A stretch of 64,000 nucleotides of DNA from Oxalobacteraceae bacterium (GCA_025352145.1 JANXTY010000061.1:129188-193187); one strand, 5' to 3'. Shown: positions 21,309 through 29,820, numbered from the stretch's first letter. Notes: generated by a model from the letters alone, not told the origin. A program made the numbers and translations.

Positions 21309-23132
21309 ATGCATAATCAAGTTGGCAGCGCGCGCGCGCTCGATGTACTGCAAACGGTATTCGGCTATCCTTCCTTTCGAGGTCAGCAAGAGGAAATAGT
21401 CGATCACGTGGTGCGTGGCGGCGATGCCTTGGTACTGATGCCAACCGGTGGCGGTAAGTCCTTGTGTTACCAGATTCCTGCATTGTTGCGCGATGGCGTC
21501 GGTATTGTCGTGTCGCCCTTGATTGCGTTGATGCAGGATCAGGTGGATGCCTTGGCCGAAGTCGGCGTGCGCGCCGCTTTTCTCAATTCGACTCAAACTT
21601 TTGACGAGGCTAATCGCATAGAACGCAAGATGCGCAGTGGCGAACTCGATTTGGTCTATGTCGCGCCTGAACGCCTGATGACGCCGCGATGTTTGGAGTT
21701 GCTACAAGCATCCAGGATCGCCTTGTTTGCCATTGACGAAGCCCATTGCGTATCGCAATGGGGCCATGATTTTCGTCCTGAATATATTAAACTGTCGGTC
21801 CTGCACGAGCGTTTCCCCTCCGTGCCGCGTATTGCATTGACAGCCACTGCCGACCATCAAACCCGGGCAGAAATCGCACTGCGATTGCAGTTGACTGACG
21901 CGCTGCAATTCGTCTCCTCGTTCGACCGCCCCAACATCCGCTATCAGATCGTAGAAAAAGATAATGGGCGCAAGCAGCTCCTCGACTTTATTACGGGTGA
22001 GCATGCGGGCGATGCGGGTATTGTGTATTGTTTGTCCCGCAAAAAAGTGGAAGAGACCGCCGTATTTCTAAACGAGCATGGTATCAATGCGTTGCCGTAC
22101 CACGCGGGAATGGATTATCCGACACGCACCAAACACCAAGGCCGCTTTCTGCGCGAAGAAAGTATCGTCATGGTTGCTACGATCGCTTTCGGTATGGGAA
22201 TTGATAAGCCTGACGTGCGTTTCGTTGCGCATCTGGATTTACCCAAAAGCATCGAGGGTTATTATCAGGAAACCGGGCGTGCCGGACGCGATGGCACACC
22301 CGCCAATGCCTGGATGGCATACGGCCTGCAGGATGTGGTGCAGCAACGGCGCATGATTGATGAGTCCGAAGCGGATGAAACTTTCAAGCGCGTGCTGGGC
22401 GTCAAACTCGATGCCATGCTGGCTTTATGCGAGACATTGCACTGCCGACGCATGCGCTTGCTGGAATATTTCGGTCAACCTGCGACGCCTTGCGGCAATT
22501 GCGATACCTGCCTTAGGCCGCCCGTATCCTTTGATGCTACCGTGGTGGTGCAAAAGCTGCTGTCTGCCATTTATCGGGTCGAACAACGTTTCGGCGCGGT
22601 TCACGTGATTGACATCTTGCGGGGCGTGGATTCGGAGAGAATCAAGCAATGGCGGCATGAACAATTGTCGACGTTCGGGATAGGTGCAGAACGCAGCGAG
22701 GCGGAATGGCGTGCCATTTTGCGCCAGTCGATTGCATTAGGTTTGGTCAGCGTCGATTACGATGCCTACAATGCGCTCAAACTGACGGACGAGGCACGCC
22801 CCGTGTTGCGCGGTGAACAGAAGATTCAGTTACGACAATACGAAAAACCCCTCAAGCAAAGGCGTATCTCGGCGAAACCGAAAGGGTATGTCGAATCGGA
22901 TCTATCGATGGATGAGCAGGTCATTTTTGATAAGCTGCGCTGGTGGCGGGTAGAAACGGCACGCAAACACAATGTCCCTGCGTATGTCATTTTCCATGAT
23001 GCGACGATGCGCGAAATTGCCAAAGCCAAGCCGGGCTCGTTAGGCGATTTGCGTGGCGTATCCGGTGTTGGCGAGAAAAAACTGGAGACTTATGGAGAGG
23101 ACATCGTCGCACTGATTGCTGAGTTGATGTGA
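21309..23132 (+). CDS. recQ: ATP-dependent DNA helicase RecQ
   Basis: 607 aa with FGYPSFRGQQEEIV, MPTGGGKSLCYQ and DEAH (AIDEAHCVSQWGHDFRPEY) motifs, a Zn-binding Cys cluster, and an HRDC tail. Confidence 0.95.
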   Translation: MHNQVGSARALDVLQTVFGYPSFRGQQEEIVDHVVRGGDALVLMPTGGGKSLCYQIPALLRDGVGIVVSPLIALMQDQVDALAEVGVRAAFLNSTQTFDEANRIERKMRSGELDLVYVAPERLMTPRCLELLQASRIALFAIDEAHCVSQWGHDFRPEYIKLSVLHERFPSVPRIALTATADHQTRAEIALRLQLTDALQFVSSFDRPNIRYQIVEKDNGRKQLLDFITGEHAGDAGIVYCLSRKKVEETAVFLNEHGINALPYHAGMDYPTRTKHQGRFLREESIVMVATIAFGMGIDKPDVRFVAHLDLPKSIEGYYQETGRAGRDGTPANAWMAYGLQDVVQQRRMIDESEADETFKRVLGVKLDAMLALCETLHCRRMRLLEYFGQPATPCGNCDTCLRPPVSFDATVVVQKLLSAIYRVEQRFGAVHVIDILRGVDSERIKQWRHEQLSTFGIGAERSEAEWRAILRQSIALGLVSVDYDAYNALKLTDEARPVLRGEQKIQLRQYEKPLKQRRISAKPKGYVESDLSMDEQVIFDKLRWWRVETARKHNVPAYVIFHDATMREIAKAKPGSLGDLRGVSGVGEKKLETYGEDIVALIAELM

Positions 23133-23242
23133 TGCTTTTGTATTCGTCTGGGATATAGAAGCCGCATTAAAAAAGAGATGTTTTATGTGTATGGCCAAAC
23201 AAGATCATGCCCATTTGGATGAGATGAAGATAAGGATTTCTG

Positions 23243-24154
23243 GTGTCGATAGCGTTCTTTTCAAGTTACTCAATCATGGCCGTCATGGCTGTTTTGTATT
23301 GCATGTTGAGCGTGACTTCCCTCGGTTTGGCACTGGTGCTTACATTGACGCCGGAACGTCCATCTCACTCCCAATTACGGGATCAGGTAAAGGCGTGGTG
23401 GTTTATTTTCCCCCTCGTGACCTTGGCATTAGTGTTTTATCCCATTGGCCCGATTATGCTGACATGGGGGATTAATGGCCTCGTCATACGTGAACTTTCA
23501 ATACATTTCGCGGGACCGGCACGAAATTTTCGACTGCTTTGCACGGTTGTTTTTATCTTGATGACGATCCTGATATATTTTCAGATTCCCTACATGGGCG
23601 GTGCTTTTTTCGGAATAATTGTTATTCAACTCATCCATTTTTTCTGGCAAAAAAATGTAAATCAATTGTTGATCCTGCTCTTTCTCTTAAGTAATGTTGG
23701 ATGCAGTTTCATTATTCAATTGATGCGCTTTCCAATGTCCGCCGAAAAGATTCTTGCTTGGCTTTTCTATTTATTTGTGGTGACTTCTTTAAACGATATT
23801 GCGCAATTTATTTTTGGAAAAATCTTCGGCAAACACCGCATCGCCCACATAATCAGTCCCAACAAAACCTGGGAAGGCCTGGTTGGAGGTGTGTCGGCTA
23901 CACTATTTTTGTCGCTCATTCTTGGGAACTATCTGCAATTGGCAAGTGCGAATGGTCTTTTTTCTTTGGGCCTGCTATTGTCCTTAGGCGGTTTTGCGGG
24001 CGATCTGCTATTTTCAATGGCCAAGCGGTTTTTATGCATTAAAGATTTTTCACAGTTAATTCCCGGACATGGGGGGATTTTAGATCGTGTCGATAGTCTG
24101 ACAATGACTGCACCCTTGCTATATTTCGCCCTTTATTTCCGACATCTATTTTAA
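23243..24154 (+). CDS. ynbB: phosphatidate cytidylyltransferase paralog (CdsA family, YnbB-like)
   Basis: 303 aa polytopic protein. The CdsA signature SMAKRFLCIKDFSQLIPGHGGILDRVD is present. The size and neighbours match E. coli YnbB. Confidence 0.75.
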   Translation: MSIAFFSSYSIMAVMAVLYCMLSVTSLGLALVLTLTPERPSHSQLRDQVKAWWFIFPLVTLALVFYPIGPIMLTWGINGLVIRELSIHFAGPARNFRLLCTVVFILMTILIYFQIPYMGGAFFGIIVIQLIHFFWQKNVNQLLILLFLLSNVGCSFIIQLMRFPMSAEKILAWLFYLFVVTSLNDIAQFIFGKIFGKHRIAHIISPNKTWEGLVGGVSATLFLSLILGNYLQLASANGLFSLGLLLSLGGFAGDLLFSMAKRFLCIKDFSQLIPGHGGILDRVDSLTMTAPLLYFALYFRHLF

Positions 24155-24175
24155 CGACCAACTTTTGAGATAAGC

Positions 24176-25948
24176 ATGCACGCACAACTTAACTGGAATC
24201 CTATTGAATCGGGATTTAGCAGCGCTGATCAGTCGCGTCTATTTTATCGGGCGTGGCAGCCGATTCAGCCAAGGACAGATGACGAGCAACGTGCGCTCAT
24301 CTTTCTTCATCGCGGTCACGAACATTCTGGACGAATCGCGCCGTTGGTAGAGCAGTTCGGCTACCGACAAGACTGGGCTTTTGCGTGGGATGCCAGAGGT
24401 CATGGACATTCGCCAGGGGAGCGTGGCGATGCGCCCGGCTTTCAAACGCTTGTGCAGGATCTTGACGCTTTCATTACGCACATTGCTAATACCTACAAAA
24501 TCAAGCCGGAAAACATGCTGCTTGTTGCCAATAGCGTAGGCGCAGTGATCGCTGCTACGTGGATACATGATTACGCGCCAAAAATTCGTGGCGTTGTCAT
24601 GGCTGCAGCCGCATTTGAAATAAAACTGTATGTGCCGTTTGCGAAAGCCGCATTGCGCCTGGCGACATGCTTTAAATCAGATCTATTCGTGACGAGCTAT
24701 ATTCGTTCGTCGATGCTGACCCATTCAGCAGAACAGGCAAGAGAATATGACCAGGATCCGCTCATTACCAAAAATATTTCTGCACGGGTATTGTTGGATC
24801 TGGCCGAGACGGCCAAGCGTATTGTGAATGATGCGGGCGCAATTGACGTGCCAGTGTTGATGCTGGTGGCGGAGAAAGACTATGTGGTGCAACAAGCGCC
24901 GCAACAACAATTTTTTGATTGTCTCTCCTCTCCCTTGAAGCGCCTTCTTGTGGTAAAGAACTGCTATCACGCTATTTTTTATGAAAAGCAGGTGAAGGAG
25001 GTCATTGAGGTTGCACGGCAATTCATCGATACGTGTTTTGCGCAAAGCATTTTGTCCTCAGTGCATTATGTCAGTGCCGATACACAAAGCGATAGCGCGG
25101 AAAAATTTCGTGCATTGCAGGAAAGTGGTGCGGGCAACTTTGTACGAGATATTTTTTTTGGAATACAACGCGCCATGTTGGGGATTTTAGGGCCGTTGAG
25201 CCAAGGCATGCAAATAGGTATGACGCATGGGTTTGATTCCGGCACATCACTCGATTATGTTTATCGCAACCAGGCAAATGGGCGTTTGTTGATCGGACGT
25301 TTCATCGATCGCGGTTATTTGGATGCGATTGGTTGGCGCGGTATTCGGCAGAGAAAAATGCAGTTGCAAAACGCATTGTCGGATTTAATAGAGCATCATC
25401 CGCACGATCAGCCGTTGCGGATTCTGGATATTGCTGCCGGCGGTGGAAGATATGTTTTGGAAACCATAAAGCGCTTCCAGGATCGGGACCTCCACCTCAC
25501 TTTGCGCGACTATCGCACTAATAACCTGGAACAAGCACGGGCGCTTGCGGGAAAATTGGGCATAAAAACGCAGGTTCAGTATGAATGTTGCGATGCTTTT
25601 TCCGATGATAGTTATATGCAAGAAGAAGTGCTCTACGACATTGTCATTGTGTCCGGTTTGCATGAATTATTCAGCGAAAATGCGCTGGTCCTGCGGTCGT
25701 TGCGAGGCATTAAAAAGCAACTTGCACCAGCCGGTTACCTCATTTACACAGGCCAGCCATGGCATCCGCAATTACGTATGATTGCTAAAACTTTGGTGAA
25801 TCATCAAGGACAGGCTTGGAGGATGCGGCCACGACCGCAGGCTGAGATGGATGGGTTGGTTGCTAGCGTCGGCTGTAAAAAAATCGAATCACAGATTGGT
25901 CTCGCCGGGATATTTACTGTTTCGGTTGCTCAGAACCGTCATGATTGA
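24176..25948 (+). CDS. ynbC: alpha/beta hydrolase (lysophospholipase-like) fused to a class I SAM-dependent methyltransferase (YnbC-like)
   Basis: 590 aa. The N-terminal half has HRGHEHSGR and a nucleophile elbow (VANSVGA). The C-terminal half has SAM motif I (LRILDIAAGGGRYVLE). Confidence 0.7.
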   Translation: MHAQLNWNPIESGFSSADQSRLFYRAWQPIQPRTDDEQRALIFLHRGHEHSGRIAPLVEQFGYRQDWAFAWDARGHGHSPGERGDAPGFQTLVQDLDAFITHIANTYKIKPENMLLVANSVGAVIAATWIHDYAPKIRGVVMAAAAFEIKLYVPFAKAALRLATCFKSDLFVTSYIRSSMLTHSAEQAREYDQDPLITKNISARVLLDLAETAKRIVNDAGAIDVPVLMLVAEKDYVVQQAPQQQFFDCLSSPLKRLLVVKNCYHAIFYEKQVKEVIEVARQFIDTCFAQSILSSVHYVSADTQSDSAEKFRALQESGAGNFVRDIFFGIQRAMLGILGPLSQGMQIGMTHGFDSGTSLDYVYRNQANGRLLIGRFIDRGYLDAIGWRGIRQRKMQLQNALSDLIEHHPHDQPLRILDIAAGGGRYVLETIKRFQDRDLHLTLRDYRTNNLEQARALAGKLGIKTQVQYECCDAFSDDSYMQEEVLYDIVIVSGLHELFSENALVLRSLRGIKKQLAPAGYLIYTGQPWHPQLRMIAKTLVNHQGQAWRMRPRPQAEMDGLVASVGCKKIESQIGLAGIFTVSVAQNRHD

Positions 25949-26534
25949 GCGCCGATTGCAGGCGATTGAAGATCGTTAATACCAGCAGGCAAAGCATCAA
26001 GCCTAGCAAGCCATTTAACCAGATGGGTGCTACTTCGCTGGCGATGAGTAGCGCCAATAATCCAAAACATGCAGCGCGGTCGCTTTTGCCCATCGGTCCA
26101 TCGAATCGACGGGTTGCTCCCACGCACACCGCTAGCACGCCTGCAAACTCTGCGAGCAATGCGATGATCACCACCAGCACTAGCAAGGGCGCGGAAATCG
26201 CCGCTATCAGCGCGAAGGGGCAATAGAGCGTGACATCGGAGATCTGATCGCCCATTTCGTTGAGCAATGCGCCCATTCGTGTTTTTTGTCCCGTCGCGTT
26301 AGCTAACATGCCATCAATCGCATTGAGCGCCATTCGTATCAGCATGAAAAATGGCACTCCCACCCATAGCCAGCTATTGCCTGGGTACAGCGCGAGCAAA
26401 AGACCATACACCAGCGACAGCGCTATCGTAAAAATGGTGATCTGATTCGGCGATATGCGCCATGCTGCCAATTTCGTCAATATCGGCGCTAGCAACTGCT
26501 GAAATCTTGGTTTGAATTGGTAAATAGAAGGCAT
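25914..26534 (-). CDS. ynbA: CDP-alcohol phosphatidyltransferase family protein (YnbA-like)
   Basis: 206 aa membrane protein with the motif DGMLANATGQKTRMGALLNEMGDQISD, a variant of DGx2ARx8Gx3Dx3D. Confidence 0.7.
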   Translation of the reverse strand: MPSIYQFKPRFQQLLAPILTKLAAWRISPNQITIFTIALSLVYGLLLALYPGNSWLWVGVPFFMLIRMALNAIDGMLANATGQKTRMGALLNEMGDQISDVTLYCPFALIAAISAPLLVLVVIIALLAEFAGVLAVCVGATRRFDGPMGKSDRAACFGLLALLIASEVAPIWLNGLLGLMLCLLVLTIFNRLQSALNHDGSEQPKQ

Positions 26535-27766
26535 TAATTTTTTATTTCGCCCATATAGAGTTTGGCTAGCAATATACAGCGGCTATAGCCCATGGCGCAA
26601 TGAAGATACACGCTGCGTCCGGCGCTTATTTCGCTGCGTATGGCTGTGACGATTTCTGTTGTCACGGAGGGGTCGGGAGAAATCAGATCGAGCAGAGGAA
26701 AATGCCGGTAGGGATGCTTGCGCAAATTGGCTGTTTCACTTAGTTCGCATGACAAGTCAATGATCACGCAGGCATCGGGTAACTTTTCTGTTTCAATAGC
26801 GCTTAAGCGACGCCCTATCCATAGTCGCTCACTGACGTTAACAAACAGGGGATTTCGTCGCTCATGAAATCGCACATAGTGCCACGCCAGCCAATAACCA
26901 AAAAAATAGGGGGCATAGAAAAAGCAGATGAACCCTGAATGTCGGCCTGCATGTTTATGTAAAAAATTGTTATCCTGTCGACGATAGGCAAGACTAACGA
27001 GCAAAAGAGAGAGCAGCAGATACAGGGCCAACACACTACGCAGAGCGATGACTCCAACAAGAAAAACAATACCACTCGCCATCAGATAATAGAACGCTAC
27101 ATTTGGCTGTTCTCGATCAGGGCGAATGAGGAAAATGGCGGCCAGACCCAGCACCAAGCCACCTAAAATATCTAACAAGTGATGCTGATAAGTGAATAAG
27201 GTGGCCACCGTGACCAACACTAACCAGAGCGCCATGCAGATTTGCATCGCCCTGTGTGCAAGCCCTTGTTTGAGAGATACCCGCCACGAAGGCCAATAGA
27301 TCGCGCAGAAGGCCACGTGCAAGGAGGGAAGTTGATTATAGGGGCGGTCAAGCGCGGCAAGAAAATCAAATAGCGCAGCGTAGAATGGTGATGCGATCGA
27401 TGGCTTGGGAAAGCTAAATCGTAGAGGGTAGAGTGCGAAGATAAGCGTAGCGCTCACGGTCGCCAGTAATAAGCGTTGGTTTAGAACGCGTAAGTCATCT
27501 TTTTTTTCTATCCATAAAAAACTGGCTGCAAATAATATCCCTGAACTCAAGTAGGGAATAATCATCCATTCCAGAAAGGGCATGTGATACTCAAAAGAAA
27601 ACGCGACATTGCGAGTAACATGGCGCTGTTGTGCTAGAAAATTGCTGACTTGATAGCACAGTGTAAATGCCAGCGCATTGATCAAAAAATAACGCGTGCG
27701 TTGGGGCCAGGTGGCCTTTTCTAAAGAATGCATTTGCGTGGAGAACCAGGTTGTCATGACTGCCAT
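26534..27766 (-). CDS. ynbD: PAP2-superfamily membrane domain fused to a dual-specificity (CX5R) phosphatase domain (YnbD-like)
   Basis: 410 aa. The N-terminal ~300 aa is polytopic with PSLH and YQHHLLDILGG PAP2-type motifs. The C-terminal domain has HCAMGYSR (nt 26579-26602). Confidence 0.7.
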   Translation of the reverse strand: MAVMTTWFSTQMHSLEKATWPQRTRYFLINALAFTLCYQVSNFLAQQRHVTRNVAFSFEYHMPFLEWMIIPYLSSGILFAASFLWIEKKDDLRVLNQRLLLATVSATLIFALYPLRFSFPKPSIASPFYAALFDFLAALDRPYNQLPSLHVAFCAIYWPSWRVSLKQGLAHRAMQICMALWLVLVTVATLFTYQHHLLDILGGLVLGLAAIFLIRPDREQPNVAFYYLMASGIVFLVGVIALRSVLALYLLLSLLLVSLAYRRQDNNFLHKHAGRHSGFICFFYAPYFFGYWLAWHYVRFHERRNPLFVNVSERLWIGRRLSAIETEKLPDACVIIDLSCELSETANLRKHPYRHFPLLDLISPDPSVTTEIVTAIRSEISAGRSVYLHCAMGYSRCILLAKLYMGEIKN

Positions 27767-27786
27767 TCGTCTCTTATTCTATCAAC

Positions 27787-28887
27787 ATGGCACCTACTCA
27801 AAAATATAATCGTTGTATGGTCATGGCGGGGGGCGGCTTTCGTTTCGGGTATTACCTTGGAATATACGCTGCCGCATGTCAACGCAATAAAGCGCCGGAC
27901 TTGCTTTTGGCAAGTTGTGGCGGCGCGATTGCAGCAGCGATTATTCAAGTCCTGCCCGATGATGCGGAGCGCAAGGCATGGCTCAGTTCCTACGAGATGT
28001 ACGCGTTTTGGTGCCAGCTTCGCTCAGCGCGGCACGCGACTCTCACCCAGTCTTTTATATCTGCTTTCCGGCGACGATATTTTATGCGCAGCGTAAAAAT
28101 AATTTCTGATTTGTTCCATGACTATTTGTTTGAGATTCCTGCAGTATTGCCCTTGCCGCCAAATGCATTGCATTCGGTAGGAAAAACCCCCGCGTTAGGC
28201 ATTATCGGTGGAAAATTACTCTATGAAAAACATGAAGTGGGACAGCGCAGAGGTGCGCGGAAATTATTTGCTGAGACACTATTTTGCAATGACAGAACCG
28301 GCAGTTTATTAGTTGGCATGTCATCCGCATTGGGCGAAATCCCCGGGCAAGATAATGCCATTGCACCGCACATAATTACCGACTCCCATATGTCGCTCAA
28401 TGACGCGGTGCGGATATCCATTGCCGACATGTTTTATTTTCCTTGCTATTCTCATGTGAGCGGTAACTATATCGGCGGTGTGATTGACTTATTTCCCCTA
28501 GAGATTGCCAATCGCCTGGCAGATAGTGTGATGATGGAATTAAAGCAGCCTTTCGATCAAGCCTTCGCCATTCCTGCCTTGCGCACCGTCTTGGGTATCG
28601 ATGGAAATGCGCGGTTACGTCATGTTCATGCACAGTTTGCCGATACATGGATAGATACTTCCGATGCCCATCTTATATTGGCAAATCAGCAGATCCGAAA
28701 ACGATTGTCTTGGCAGCACAATCAGATTCGGTTAGACGTTCCATCCACTCATGCGAAATACGTGGCGCAAATTGAAGCGCAATGGGAATACGGTTATCAG
28801 CGGGGATTGGAAGCCTGCGAGAAAGGGCAGCCCAACTGTAAAAAACCTATGCGGCATGTGACCAAACACAACAAGGCAGAACAATGA
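27787..28887 (+). CDS. divergent patatin-like phospholipase family protein
   Basis: N-terminus MVMAGGGFRFGYYLGIYAA...DLLLASCGGAIAAA resembles the patatin oxyanion loop plus nucleophile elbow, but both are atypical. The start could be 27817. Confidence 0.5.
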   Translation: MAPTQKYNRCMVMAGGGFRFGYYLGIYAAACQRNKAPDLLLASCGGAIAAAIIQVLPDDAERKAWLSSYEMYAFWCQLRSARHATLTQSFISAFRRRYFMRSVKIISDLFHDYLFEIPAVLPLPPNALHSVGKTPALGIIGGKLLYEKHEVGQRRGARKLFAETLFCNDRTGSLLVGMSSALGEIPGQDNAIAPHIITDSHMSLNDAVRISIADMFYFPCYSHVSGNYIGGVIDLFPLEIANRLADSVMMELKQPFDQAFAIPALRTVLGIDGNARLRHVHAQFADTWIDTSDAHLILANQQIRKRLSWQHNQIRLDVPSTHAKYVAQIEAQWEYGYQRGLEACEKGQPNCKKPMRHVTKHNKAEQ

Positions 28888-29615
28888 AAATCATGATCAT
28901 TGGCGGTACCAGTGGCATTGGGCTGGCGTTGGCCCAGCACTATCTCGCCCAAGCAAATGAGGTCGCCATTTGCGGTCGAGATTTACAGCGTGTTGAGGGC
29001 AGTCTCTTTAAACAATACGCTAAATTATCCGGGTATGAATTCGACATCGCTGATCAAGCTGCGCTGGGAAATGCTATGAAGAATTTCTCGGCAACAGGTC
29101 TGGATATGCTTATTGTTGCGGCTGGATTTTATTTCAATACCAGACACCATCAGCTCGATGAAGCTACTACGTTACGCATGCTGCAAACCAATGTAAGCGG
29201 ACTAAGCCACGCGTTTGAACTTGGCGCAAAAATTATGCTGGCCCAAAAATCAGGACACGTGGTCGCCATTGGGTCGGCGGCGGGATTGCTGAAAAATTAT
29301 CCCGGAGCGTCACTGTATAGCGCAAGCAAACGCACAGTATTAAATCTGTGCGATACCTACCGAATTGCATTAGCGCCATTCTCAATCGCCGTGACTGCTA
29401 TTGTGCCCGGCTATGTAGATACGCTTAAATTACGTCAACTCAATCATGGGAATGCCAGCCACAAGCTATTTATTCTGTCAGAGAAAAAAGCGGTGACACA
29501 TATCGTGAGTGCGATAGAAAACCGAGTGCGGATATCCGTATTTCCTTGGAAAATGCAGTGCTTGATTAATGTACTCAATCAGTTGCCAAGAGCACTGCTG
29601 GCGATGCGCAGATAA
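28884..29615 (+). CDS. short-chain dehydrogenase/reductase (SDR)
   Basis: MKIMIIGGTSGIGLALA Rossmann motif and YSASK catalytic motif. 4-nt overlap with the upstream gene. Confidence 0.85.
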   Translation: MKIMIIGGTSGIGLALAQHYLAQANEVAICGRDLQRVEGSLFKQYAKLSGYEFDIADQAALGNAMKNFSATGLDMLIVAAGFYFNTRHHQLDEATTLRMLQTNVSGLSHAFELGAKIMLAQKSGHVVAIGSAAGLLKNYPGASLYSASKRTVLNLCDTYRIALAPFSIAVTAIVPGYVDTLKLRQLNHGNASHKLFILSEKKAVTHIVSAIENRVRISVFPWKMQCLINVLNQLPRALLAMRR

Positions 29616-29737
29616 GTCATTTTGGAGACCTTTTTCCTGCGCTTGTTAGGGGCAATAGAACAAAGGAAGGTTCGCCTTCACCTCTTAACTGATGTTGCGC
29701 AGTGCCCGGAAAAAATCGTTCACTTGGGTTGGGCACT

Positions 29738-29760
29738 CTAGGGAACGGCATGCCCGTTAG
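29738..29760. repeat. degenerate REP-like palindrome (GGCATGCC core)
   Basis: ctagggaacggcatgcccgttag. It is related to the copies at 29796, 43317 and 50012. Confidence 0.6.
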
Positions 29761-29795
29761 TTGGTTCAGCCTTGAAAAATAGCTGAACTAGTATC

Positions 29796-29820
29796 GGGCA
29801 CGGCATGCCGTGCCCCTACG
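29796..29820. repeat. REP-like palindrome
   Basis: gggcacggcatgccgtgcccctacg. The first 20 nt form a perfect palindrome. Its reverse complement matches the 50012 copy at 24 of 25 positions. Confidence 0.75.

Noticed and set aside
27787-28887. Patatin-like gene as a CBASS (CapV-type) defence effector.
   Set aside because: There is no CD-NTase, cyclase or other CBASS signalling gene nearby. The gene is tightly coupled to lipid-biosynthesis genes and an SDR instead.
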